In this document: positions 19,090 through 28,406 of the stretch, in pieces
Position numbering within the stretch: position 1 is the first letter of the stretch
Layout of the letters: each line of letters begins with the position of its first letter
The notes under the pieces: model-generated
The model's database searches: none
What the model was told of the DNA's origin: nothing
What the model saw: the letters and a program-made list of their open reading frames with translations, nothing else
DNA from: a virus
Taxonomy: Duplodnaviria > Caudoviricetes
IMG/VR virus record: IMGVR_UViG_3300032308_001420
Coordinates: 1-64,000 of that record
Direction: 5' to 3' (one strand)
DNA: 64,000 nucleotides
Program-made: the position numbers and the translations under genes

Positions 19090-19117
19090 ATTGTAACATA
19101 TGATTACTGATTGTCAA
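19090..19117 (-). promoter_or_regulatory. Sigma70-type promoter for the replication module
   Basis: TTGACA, 16-nt spacer ending TGT, then TACAAT. Confidence 0.7.
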
Positions 19118-19121
19118 TCTT

Positions 19122-19547
19122 TTAGCCGATATAGTTTTTAAGCTCTAGGGCAATCCAATTAATTGTATATTCTGTCTTGGTTGTTTTAGAATTGCTTGAT
19201 CTGCCATAAACTCTATGATCTGCTCCGCTTTTCCCAACCCATATTGTTAGTTGTTCTCCAGCTGGAACTGAGCTTCCTAATGACGCAACAACAACTGGGT
19301 TTACCAATGTGGTTCCGACTGGAATTGAAACTCCAGAAGTATTTGATCCAGAAGTAAGGTTTAGTGTAACTGTTCCTACATTTCCAGTTAAAACTTTAGG
19401 ATTTGATTGGTCTCCAATTGTATTATTAAATAAATTATTAGAGGTTGTATATGTTGTAAGAATATCTTCTCTTAATTGATTTAATGCATTTGGATCTAAT
19501 GGGGCACCCTCATTAAAGGGAACGCTCTTTATTGAATTTGCTGCCAT
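19122..19547 (-). CDS. Hypothetical virion/tail-associated protein
   Basis: Beta-rich, ends INWIALE; last gene of the tail module. Confidence 0.65.
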   Translation of the reverse strand: MAANSIKSVPFNEGAPLDPNALNQLREDILTTYTTSNNLFNNTIGDQSNPKVLTGNVGTVTLNLTSGSNTSGVSIPVGTTLVNPVVVASLGSSVPAGEQLTIWVGKSGADHRVYGRSSNSKTTKTEYTINWIALELKNYIG

Positions 19548-19936
19548 TATAAATTTTCTCCTAATTCATGCATACTTACTTCAAAAGCGCTTACTTCTAT
19601 TACCTTTGATCTGTCTAAACCAAACTTATCAAATGAGTCTGGATCAACAATATGCCTCTTTTTATTTTGTGATATTAAATATATTTTACCATCTGCTATG
19701 TTCTTTATCAATGTGCCGTCTCTAAATCCTAGTTTACCCGCCAATTTAATTCCTGCCACAGCTGATTCAGTAGCCTCAACTGTCGTAAACATCCAAGACT
19801 TTTCTGCCCTGTCTGATATAAGCTTAAACCTTTTGCCATCTTTAATCCAATAGGTAGCCTTGTCTGTTTTTACAGCCAAGCCTGATGGGAATTGAGTTGG
19901 GCTAGTTACTATCTTTTGCTGGCTCTTCTTGAACAT
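19547..19936 (-). CDS. Hypothetical protein with two internal repeats (likely start MFKKS)
   Basis: Repeated G..VK...YW/L.I...KR/KK units. Confidence 0.7.
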   Translation of the reverse strand: MFKKSQQKIVTSPTQFPSGLAVKTDKATYWIKDGKRFKLISDRAEKSWMFTTVEATESAVAGIKLAGKLGFRDGTLIKNIADGKIYLISQNKKRHIVDPDSFDKFGLDRSKVIEVSAFEVSMHELGENL

Positions 19937-20057
19937 CTTTTTCCATAAGTTGAGTAAGCTCTGCCCGTAGTATTGCAATTTGAGTTTCATAGTTTGCTAC
20001 AATCTCTCCGATGCGTTGCTGGAGGGCGGTGATAATTAATTCTGCCTTTGTTGACAT
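19902..20057 (-). CDS. Small coiled-coil protein (51 aa, not in ORF track)
   Basis: MSTKAELIITALQQRIGEIVANYETQIAILRAELTQLMEKDVQEEPAKDSN. Confidence 0.7.
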   Translation of the reverse strand: MSTKAELIITALQQRIGEIVANYETQIAILRAELTQLMEKDVQEEPAKDSN

Positions 20058-20090
20058 TATTCTTCCAATCTATTAGTACTAAGGATAACA

Positions 20091-22385
20091 TTATCCTTCC
20101 AGGGCGTCAAGTCTTGATTTGATGGACTTTATGCTGGCATCTTGCTCTTGAATAATCTGTAGTAAAAATATAGGAAGAGTTTCGTAGGCAAAATAATCTG
20201 GCTGTCCCCCTGAGTCGTATTGAATTAATTCGTCAAGGCCCAGGTCTTGTGCTTCTTCAGCTATAAATCCGTACTGTTGAACTCCCGATTCATCATTTTT
20301 GTATTTAAATTTTTTAACTGGCAAGTTTAGAAGAGCTTCGGAATTAATTGAATAACTTTCTATTTGCTCTTTTTTCCTACGAGTCGAAGCAACATATCCG
20401 TAGAGCCCAGAGTCGCTGACACGCATAGCACGAGTTGTTCCGCCCATATCATTACTATAAGTTTTAAGTACACGAACATTTCCGCTTGAAGATAAAAACT
20501 CAAACAGTGAGCCAGTTACTCCAAATGTAGCAGATGCGCTTCCACGAAGGCTGCCTGTAATTTCCGTAGGTGCTTCTAAATAAATTATGCTTCCAAGGAC
20601 ATCAACAACTCCAGTTAGTATGTCTGTCTGTAAATAAATAACCTTATCCGCAGAAATTTTTCCTCCAGAAATAGTTAATGTGTTATTTGCATAAGCTCCT
20701 GCAGTGCCAGTAGTTGTAAGGGATCCAGATATAACTGCACCAGTTGCTGAAAGAATGCCTCCAGATGTAACTCCAAAATTACCGCTTGTTGTTGTAATTG
20801 TTCCATTAGAGGCAATGTCTAATGAGGTTGTATCTAGTGCACTTGCAGTAATTGTTCCAGATATTTCTGCACCTGTTGCAATCAATTTGCCAGCAGCAGT
20901 TACTTCAAATCCTCCTGAATTTAAAATTCTTCCAGTATCAAAAATTGTAAGGTTGGTTGTGGTAATTGTTCCGTTGCTATTTAATGTTAAATTACCTGAA
21001 GATAATGTTGAAGTTCCTATAGTCCATCCAGAAATTGTGCTTGAAGATAAGCCAAGTGTAAATCTACCAGATGCTGTTGATCCTCCATTTGCGCTGTGAT
21101 AAATACCAAGTGAGGGGCTAATTATTATTGAGTTTCCAGTTGAAGACCCTGCTCTAATTACTCCGCTACTATCTAATTTAAATGTGCCGCCAGAATTTTG
21201 TATACCATCTGCAGCAATTGTAATTCCACCGATGCTTCCGCCAGATGCAGTTATTGTTCCACTAAATGATCCTGTAGCTGCAGATAAACTTCCAGCAAAC
21301 GTTCCAGTTGCTGCAGACAATGCGCCACTAAATGTTCCATCTCCAACCACGGTAAGCTTATCTCCATTATAGCTAAGGACTGGATTTGAAACTCCGCCAC
21401 TTCCATAAATAATAAATGGATCACCTGTTCCAGATAGTTTAATATGTTTTCCAGATGTGCTTCCAACTGTTATTGTTGAACCAGATGACAATGTTCCTGT
21501 GGCAATTTTATCAGCATTTATTGTTACAATATCCCCACTTGTTACCTGACCAATTCTTACTGGATTTCCGCTTGCTGAAACTGCTGTTGATGTATCAGTG
21601 CCATTTGTAGTTGCAATTTTTACATAATAATCTACGCCATATGTTAAAGCAGTTCCATTTACAACTGTTCCTACACCGATGTTTAAAGTATTTTGTCCAT
21701 TAGCAAAATTTAAAACATCTACTTGATTAGATGAAGATGGGGTAAATCCAGAAGAAGTACCCACATAAACTTTTGCAGCATCAAACCCAAATGGCTGATC
21801 TCCTCCAGTTGAAGTTTTTCCATTCCAAGATAATTGAATTGCTCCAAGAACCGATGAAACTGTTGGTGTAGACGGTGTTACTGAGGATTCGGCAGCTGGT
21901 GCCGCAGAAGTTACGGTAACTGTTCTTGCTGTACTAAACAAAGATTCTGAACCGTTTACTGTTAATATTTTTAATTGAACTATGTATGTTCCAGCAACTG
22001 CTGCAAAAGTTTGTGTTCCAGCCTGCTTAAAAAATCCAGCAGGCTTTGTTCCATCTCCAAATGTAGTTCCAGATATATGAACATTTACTCTATCAAAATT
22101 AGATGCTGCTGCTGATAGGGCATTATTGCCATCCCATGTTACTTTAATAAACCCTGCTCCGCCAACAACATCTCCAGATCCCAAATTAGGTTCTGATGGA
22201 ATTGTTGCAAATTCGGTAACAAATGTTTTTACTGAACTCCATGCGCCCAATGTTCCATTTTTATTTTTCCATCTAAATTGAAGTGGGTATGCAGTTCCTA
22301 AATCTAAATCTGTAATGCTAACTAGAAAATAATTACCATCATCTTTGGACTCTGATACATCTTTCAGTAGATCTTGATATGACAT
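20091..22385 (-). CDS. Tail fibre with FN3-like domains and C-terminal peptidase S74 intramolecular chaperone
   Basis: G/S/T-rich beta repeats; STRRKKEQI..YGFIAEE followed by a coiled coil. Confidence 0.8.
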   Translation of the reverse strand: MSYQDLLKDVSESKDDGNYFLVSITDLDLGTAYPLQFRWKNKNGTLGAWSSVKTFVTEFATIPSEPNLGSGDVVGGAGFIKVTWDGNNALSAAASNFDRVNVHISGTTFGDGTKPAGFFKQAGTQTFAAVAGTYIVQLKILTVNGSESLFSTARTVTVTSAAPAAESSVTPSTPTVSSVLGAIQLSWNGKTSTGGDQPFGFDAAKVYVGTSSGFTPSSSNQVDVLNFANGQNTLNIGVGTVVNGTALTYGVDYYVKIATTNGTDTSTAVSASGNPVRIGQVTSGDIVTINADKIATGTLSSGSTITVGSTSGKHIKLSGTGDPFIIYGSGGVSNPVLSYNGDKLTVVGDGTFSGALSAATGTFAGSLSAATGSFSGTITASGGSIGGITIAADGIQNSGGTFKLDSSGVIRAGSSTGNSIIISPSLGIYHSANGGSTASGRFTLGLSSSTISGWTIGTSTLSSGNLTLNSNGTITTTNLTIFDTGRILNSGGFEVTAAGKLIATGAEISGTITASALDTTSLDIASNGTITTTSGNFGVTSGGILSATGAVISGSLTTTGTAGAYANNTLTISGGKISADKVIYLQTDILTGVVDVLGSIIYLEAPTEITGSLRGSASATFGVTGSLFEFLSSSGNVRVLKTYSNDMGGTTRAMRVSDSGLYGYVASTRRKKEQIESYSINSEALLNLPVKKFKYKNDESGVQQYGFIAEEAQDLGLDELIQYDSGGQPDYFAYETLPIFLLQIIQEQDASIKSIKSRLDALEG

Positions 22386-22386
22386 T

Positions 22387-23541
22387 TTAGAAATCCAAAT
22401 CTAATCTATACTCTACGTCTACTGGTCTTCCAGCCAATTTTGATAATGGTAAGGCAAATACCGATCTACTAATTAATCCAAACTCTGGATCAAATGTATC
22501 TTCGTCGTTTATTCTTAATCCATCTGCGCCAATAGATGTTGTTGTCGATGAATTTGGAGTAACTATAATTCCTATTTGTGTAATATTTTTTTTATCTGGT
22601 GAATTTACTGAACCAGAAAAAATTGTACCTAGCGAAATGTCTGGGACAATCTTGTATCCTAACCCTGCTTGAGGAGTAATTGTAATCTCATAATATTTAG
22701 TTGATGTATTATAAAACCTTAGCTTTATGCTGGATAAATTTGAATCTTCTTTATAGTAAGCAAAGGATATGGAGTCATTTACGCTATACCCAGAAAAATC
22801 TAACGGGTTTATATCTGAGATATATTCTCTTGCTGCCGTTCCATTTGAAGACATTGTTAAGAGATTTCCACCAATTTTATAATTTGATGTTGACACAGTC
22901 GGATTACTTAAAGATGAATCTGCCCATAGCAGCGCATCTGAAAAATCAGATATATACTGACTATCAAAATTATTTACAGATGTTCTTGTTGATGGATAAA
23001 TTCCAACTTCTGAAATTTCTGCTACGACATCTTGAGGAATAGTTGTTTTATATATTACGGAATATGTTGAAATACCCCCAGATGTTTCTATATCTGTACT
23101 TCCAAACAATACTGGCAATCTATAAAATTCAAAACCTAGTCTTGTGTCATTTTCTGTTGCCTTTTTAAAAGACCGTCCAGAAGTTGATCCAGAAACAGCC
23201 GTTCCTGTTGCAGCATTGGTTACAGTAAATTGTGTTGTGCTTCTTGAAGCAACTGTAACATTTGTCAAGTTAAAAGCTGAAGTAGATAGCCCAGTAATGC
23301 TTACCACGTCTCCTACCGCAAAGTAGTTGTTTGCTGTGTATGTTACAGTTCCAGCTGATGCTGATGCTGCTGTAACCAAAGCTTCTTTTCTATCAATTCC
23401 AAAAGCCATATCCTTTTGTGTTGCAGTTATATTACCAGCAATAAAATTAGTTAAAAATCTTTTGCCAAACTTAGTAATAATATTGGATGAGCGGCAGATC
23501 TCCTTGCCATCTTGATAAAATACATATGTTCCTTTAATCAT
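22387..23541 (-). CDS. Minor tail / baseplate protein
   Basis: NIITKFGKRFL..RLGFEFYR pattern; tail module position. Confidence 0.7.
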   Translation of the reverse strand: MIKGTYVFYQDGKEICRSSNIITKFGKRFLTNFIAGNITATQKDMAFGIDRKEALVTAASASAGTVTYTANNYFAVGDVVSITGLSTSAFNLTNVTVASRSTTQFTVTNAATGTAVSGSTSGRSFKKATENDTRLGFEFYRLPVLFGSTDIETSGGISTYSVIYKTTIPQDVVAEISEVGIYPSTRTSVNNFDSQYISDFSDALLWADSSLSNPTVSTSNYKIGGNLLTMSSNGTAAREYISDINPLDFSGYSVNDSISFAYYKEDSNLSSIKLRFYNTSTKYYEITITPQAGLGYKIVPDISLGTIFSGSVNSPDKKNITQIGIIVTPNSSTTTSIGADGLRINDEDTFDPEFGLISRSVFALPLSKLAGRPVDVEYRLDLDF

Positions 23542-23954
23542 AGCTTTTCGGAAGGATTATAAATCCTTGCGTCTACCCCCTCAATATTTACTTTATCTTT
23601 ACTTGTATTTGTTACCTTAATAACAATCTTTGCCTTTTCTACTTTAGTCACTGGGTCATAATATTTTGTAGAACTAAATAGCTCTATGTCAGTTAAATTA
23701 GGAACGTCTGGCAAATCTCTTTCTTCTACGGCAACTACGGCGGATGGATTTTCTATTGCTTCTCGTGTTCCTACTGATATAGGTGATCCAAATGATGCAG
23801 TTAGGTATCTACCGTATTGCACTTCATTAGATTTGGAAGTAATAATTGCATACGGATTAAACCAAATGGTGTCTGGGTGACCTTCTGGTAAAACAATTTT
23901 AGGGTTAGAAACAATTGCTTGTTCTGGAACTCTATTTGGATTTTCTGAAACCAT
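23538..23954 (-). CDS. Hypothetical tail-module protein
   Basis: Packed ORF with its own promoter. Confidence 0.7.
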   Translation of the reverse strand: MVSENPNRVPEQAIVSNPKIVLPEGHPDTIWFNPYAIITSKSNEVQYGRYLTASFGSPISVGTREAIENPSAVVAVEERDLPDVPNLTDIELFSSTKYYDPVTKVEKAKIVIKVTNTSKDKVNIEGVDARIYNPSEKL

Positions 23955-23978
23955 TTTTTTATTATACCATTTAGTCGA

Positions 23979-25697
23979 CTATAAAGTTCGACATGTAACA
24001 GTAGTCTCCAATCCTTGATTAAATGAGTTAGTCACGCTTGTTACAATTAACTTTTCGGTTCCGTCAAAATCTTGGTATGGAGAAGAAACTGAAACTATAT
24101 CTCCTACATTTAACATAGGGTTTCCAAATACGGTTAAGTTTACAATCTTTCCTCTATTTACAACTTTTTCTTTAATCCATGTTGCAAGTTCTTTTACTGC
24201 ATCTAATGTTTGCAGCCATTTTGATTCAAAAACAATTGGTTCTTTTGGACCGTATGTAAAGTCTTCATCAGTTATATACTCAAGAGTTCCTGAGTCTCCA
24301 ATTGTATTTCCAAACAGGTAGAATGAGGAACCAATTCCATCTGCTAGCGGTATTGTAGTTGAAGAATTATTTAGAACATACGCTTCCCCGCCAAAATTAG
24401 AATATTTTTGAGAAATAATTTTTGCTAATGGGTTGGCTCCAGTTGACCACCTTACTGGAACTGATGGCCTAGAATCAAATTTAATTTCTCTTTTAATTAT
24501 TTCTCTTACGGTTGTACCAAACTCTTCAAATGAGTTTAATTTTTTTGTAACTTCGTCATCGTCAGAATAGTTTAGATATTGATAATCGCCATAAAGATTA
24601 TTTAAGATATCATTTGAAAACTGCCCTTGATAAAAATTAATAGAATACTGTGAGTCCAAATATTCTTTTGATGTAATCTTTGAGGCAAACACATAGTCGA
24701 ACATTGCTGTTCCTTTTGTACAGATTAGTGCTACTCTATTTGTTGGAGCTGCAGTTTTATAATCTCCAGCAGCCTTTTGTAAACTTGCATTATCTGATGC
24801 AGTTATCTTAAATCCATTTATATATGCAGTTATATCTATATTGCTTTGATGGAACTTTACCTTTATATCAATATTGTATGTTTTACCGCCATAAATTCCA
24901 TCTAGGGTTGTATCTAATGATTTTTGGCTAGTACTTAAATCTCTAATCCCGCCATTATAAATTTTTACAATTCTTACTGTTTTATTGTTAGAGCCAATTG
25001 ATGCTGGGATAGTTTGAATTAATAAAGCATATCCTTCTTTATGAAACTCATCCATAAAAAACCCTATGCCAGCTCCCTGAATTGGATCTTCAAAAAGAGG
25101 AGTCATTTTTATGCTAGTTCCAAATGTAAAGTAACCTGGCTCTGAAGCATAAGAGCTTGCCAATATTGCACCAGTTCCTGGATTATATGTCCATGTATTT
25201 GCAAACGCCTGCAATGCAGGAAAATCTTTACTAACAATTGTAGACTTCTTTGCTTCTGTATTTGTTAATTGTAAATAAGATTTACCAACTTCAAGTTTTG
25301 CTGGATTTTTTGGGTCTGCTTTTATTCCAGAATTATTAACTGCAAAAACTTCCATATAGAATTTAGGCATTTCTGTTTTATTTCCAAATGCGGAAACATT
25401 GTAGGGAGTTATTGTAAAAACATAAATTCCTCCTTCTACTAAACCAGTAAGCGTTAAGGTATGTTCTTTTAATGCTGAGTTTACAGAATAATCTGGATCT
25501 GTAATCAATGACCCAGATAAAGCGCCTGTCGCAAGATACCTCTGTCTTGTTACAACATATTTTGTAGCTGTTTGTTCTGCAGAAAGTCTAACTATTATTT
25601 GTACAGACGTTAAAGATACTTGTTTAATCTCTGGTCGAATTTGAAGTGTTGCTTCTTCAATTCCATCGATTAGCAATCTGTTTGACCATGGTTGCAT
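23979..25697 (-). CDS. Minor tail protein (likely start MQPWS)
   Basis: FN3-like region; C-terminal GNPMLNVGDIVSV tail-hub motif; TAATG overlap with upstream gene. Confidence 0.7.
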   Translation of the reverse strand: MQPWSNRLLIDGIEEATLQIRPEIKQVSLTSVQIIVRLSAEQTATKYVVTRQRYLATGALSGSLITDPDYSVNSALKEHTLTLTGLVEGGIYVFTITPYNVSAFGNKTEMPKFYMEVFAVNNSGIKADPKNPAKLEVGKSYLQLTNTEAKKSTIVSKDFPALQAFANTWTYNPGTGAILASSYASEPGYFTFGTSIKMTPLFEDPIQGAGIGFFMDEFHKEGYALLIQTIPASIGSNNKTVRIVKIYNGGIRDLSTSQKSLDTTLDGIYGGKTYNIDIKVKFHQSNIDITAYINGFKITASDNASLQKAAGDYKTAAPTNRVALICTKGTAMFDYVFASKITSKEYLDSQYSINFYQGQFSNDILNNLYGDYQYLNYSDDDEVTKKLNSFEEFGTTVREIIKREIKFDSRPSVPVRWSTGANPLAKIISQKYSNFGGEAYVLNNSSTTIPLADGIGSSFYLFGNTIGDSGTLEYITDEDFTYGPKEPIVFESKWLQTLDAVKELATWIKEKVVNRGKIVNLTVFGNPMLNVGDIVSVSSPYQDFDGTEKLIVTSVTNSFNQGLETTVTCRTL

Positions 25698-27934
25698 TAT
25701 TCCCAGCTCACAATCCCAGTAGTCCAAACATTTGTATCTATTGAACTAACTGTTGGCTTATGTGATGCTGGCGTGGTGCCAAGGGCACCTCTTTTTTTAA
25801 CACGATACTTTCCAGTAGGCTGAAAATATTTAGCTTCAGATCTTGCTAAATATCTATACTGATTTAAATCTGTTGAAGATTCAATCCATACATTTTCTTC
25901 ATCTACGCCAACAACACCATCTTTTGGTAAGTATCTATATTCAATTGCATCGAACTCTATTATCTCAGAGTTAATTAAAAAATATCCATCAAAATTAAAT
26001 ACTGATTGAAGCTCACTATATTTATCTATTGTTGATAAATCTAAAACTAAGTTAGTATCTTCTGCTGGAGTGGTTGCTAAAATTTCATTCTTTAGTCCGC
26101 CTGCTGTTAAGTATGTTTCTGAAGACTGCCACAACGCAGCGCTTTGTCCTACATAACTTGAATTTGTTGGAGTGCTCCATAAAACTCTGACCTGGTTTGC
26201 GGAGGGAATTTCTTTTTGAGACATAGAAATGATATTTGGAAGATTTGATCCTGAAGCGGAATCACGAAAATTCCATGATGAAGATCTAGCTGTATCATAT
26301 ATATATTCTCTACTGTAAAACTGTAAAGTCCCATCGTCATCTATAAATGCATTCATTTGAATATCTCTACACAGCTCTTGTATATATTCCCAAACTGTCT
26401 TGTTGCCGTCGGTCCACCAATAACTAATTACTGGAATAGACTTATCGTCTTCTTTTAAATTAAATTGATAATTAGTAAATCCAACTGAATCAAGGAGTCT
26501 TCTTATAACCGCTGTTACTGGATAAAAATCACATAAAATATCTGGAGCAATTGTTTCCATTAATTGCTTAGCTCCATCTAAGGCAACTAAATTTAAATTT
26601 CCATATGAATCAATTGACCAGCTATCTATAAAATATACACCCTGATATTCTTTATCGTATTTATTTGGTGAAGTGCCCAAAGATCCGTCTGTATGATAAA
26701 TTATAAAGTAAGGCTTTATCTCTGCATTTTTAGTTAAATAAATTAAATCTGTAGGAGATGCAGGCCAACTTTCATCTCTATTGTATGGAACTATTTGTAA
26801 TGCATCTTGATTATACTTTACTGCAGAAATTTGAATACTGTTTGCTGTAACTTTTCCAATTGGCAAAATGTCTTGGGATGAGTCTGAAGATTCTTTTGTT
26901 ACTGTCATATTAACTATATCTGATGATATGTCTTTTACCCATCTAGCTGATATCTCAATTACTCCAATATATTTTCCCCCGCCTGCATTTGTTGCTTCAA
27001 GTCTAATTGATTTTATTGCTTGTGGGGTAGAAAAAGAATATGGCTCTGAAATAGATGTAGCGTTCCAGTTGGTTCCATTCCAATATCTTTCTATTCTTCC
27101 ACTAGATGGAGGTGCTGTATAGGTTGTAGTTATTGCAGCTCCAGATACTGGTGTAACAGTTATTCTGTACTGTGTTGGAAGAGAATGATTTTTCTCAAAC
27201 TGTACTACAATCTTGTTTGCATATGCAGGCTTTGTTGGCGTTGCAGTTCCAGAAGAATTAACAATTGTTGCCGTTGCTGATGCTCCAGTAACTGCTGTTC
27301 CAGTTGCTACATCTGATATTGTAAATGTTTTTTCCGTTGGTGTAGATTCAATAATTTTGTTTGATAGATTAAATGCACTTGTTGATAATCCTGTTATTGT
27401 TACTCTATTGCCAGAAATAAAACCATGATTAGAACTTGTTTTATATACAACCTTCTTATTTCCATCTTGAGTTGTGCCAGCGGAATATGCTTCAATTATT
27501 GTTGATGTACTCTGTACATACTTTACGGTAATATCTGCGTTATCATCTTTTGGTGTCACCCAATACTTATATGATGTAGATAGACCTGGATAATAAACTC
27601 TTGGCTGTGTGTTTGGATATTCTACTGTTCTGAATCCAGAAAAGCTATTTAGCGGGGTATCAACAGAAGAAATAATATAATATTTAATTCCAGAAGAAAG
27701 AGGCCTAAATGGTTTAATTACTGAGTCTACTGGAAACAACTTTTTAAAAGGATTTATTTGAATTGGAGATGCTGTTCCAACTCCATCTATATACTCTGAA
27801 TCTGTAGATGCAGTTACAGCTGTAATATTGTTTAACATTGTATTCATATTATATTCAATTGTTGCGCCTACATTAATTGATATAGATGAATTTTGATAAT
27901 AAACTGTTTGTAAATTTTCTGCAACTGTAGGCAC
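25697..27934 (-). CDS. Minor tail protein (Tal/hub-like)
   Basis: Follows Dit-like gene; TVWEYIQELC...FIDDDGTLQF motif. Confidence 0.7.
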   Translation of the reverse strand: MPTVAENLQTVYYQNSSISINVGATIEYNMNTMLNNITAVTASTDSEYIDGVGTASPIQINPFKKLFPVDSVIKPFRPLSSGIKYYIISSVDTPLNSFSGFRTVEYPNTQPRVYYPGLSTSYKYWVTPKDDNADITVKYVQSTSTIIEAYSAGTTQDGNKKVVYKTSSNHGFISGNRVTITGLSTSAFNLSNKIIESTPTEKTFTISDVATGTAVTGASATATIVNSSGTATPTKPAYANKIVVQFEKNHSLPTQYRITVTPVSGAAITTTYTAPPSSGRIERYWNGTNWNATSISEPYSFSTPQAIKSIRLEATNAGGGKYIGVIEISARWVKDISSDIVNMTVTKESSDSSQDILPIGKVTANSIQISAVKYNQDALQIVPYNRDESWPASPTDLIYLTKNAEIKPYFIIYHTDGSLGTSPNKYDKEYQGVYFIDSWSIDSYGNLNLVALDGAKQLMETIAPDILCDFYPVTAVIRRLLDSVGFTNYQFNLKEDDKSIPVISYWWTDGNKTVWEYIQELCRDIQMNAFIDDDGTLQFYSREYIYDTARSSSWNFRDSASGSNLPNIISMSQKEIPSANQVRVLWSTPTNSSYVGQSAALWQSSETYLTAGGLKNEILATTPAEDTNLVLDLSTIDKYSELQSVFNFDGYFLINSEIIEFDAIEYRYLPKDGVVGVDEENVWIESSTDLNQYRYLARSEAKYFQPTGKYRVKKRGALGTTPASHKPTVSSIDTNVWTTGIVSWE

Positions 27935-27935
27935 T

Positions 27936-28406
27936 TTATACCTCTTCCATTGAAATAGATATATTCCAGTGTGCTTGAATTCCTCGTTTAACTAAATTAA
28001 ATGTGCAATCTGTAAATGATACAGTATGAGACTCATATCCAGAAGATGCTTGACCTACACCATTTTTTGCATAGTTAATTCTAATTTCAAATACACCTTT
28101 TCCTAGTGTGCTTGCATAAAATGTTCTTAGGTCTTCCGCTCCCCAGTATCCGTCTGCTGTTTCAGTTCTATAGGATGGAACTAAATCCCATGAAATACTG
28201 AAAGATTTTTTATCAGCAATAAAAAACTTTCTTAGTGTTCCGTTAGACATTCTCTGTGTTTGTTGAATTCTATTATGTCCTACTGTAAATGGGCCACGAT
28301 TATGGTCTGTAACGGTATTCCATTTTGTTGTTCCATCTCCGCCATTTGCAGAAGCATCTACGCCGTAGATTTGAAGGAGGGCTCCCCTAGGTAAAGTAAT
28401 AGCCAT
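27936..28406 (-). CDS. Distal tail (Dit-like) protein
   Basis: Directly downstream of TMP; RMSNGTLR..KKSFSISW. Confidence 0.65.
   Translation of the reverse strand: MAITLPRGALLQIYGVDASANGGDGTTKWNTVTDHNRGPFTVGHNRIQQTQRMSNGTLRKFFIADKKSFSISWDLVPSYRTETADGYWGAEDLRTFYASTLGKGVFEIRINYAKNGVGQASSGYESHTVSFTDCTFNLVKRGIQAHWNISISMEEV

Noticed and set aside
23979-27934. Two overlapping minor tail ORFs as one frameshifted pseudogene
   Set aside because: The clean TAATG stop/start overlap at 25695-25699 fits translational coupling of two genes
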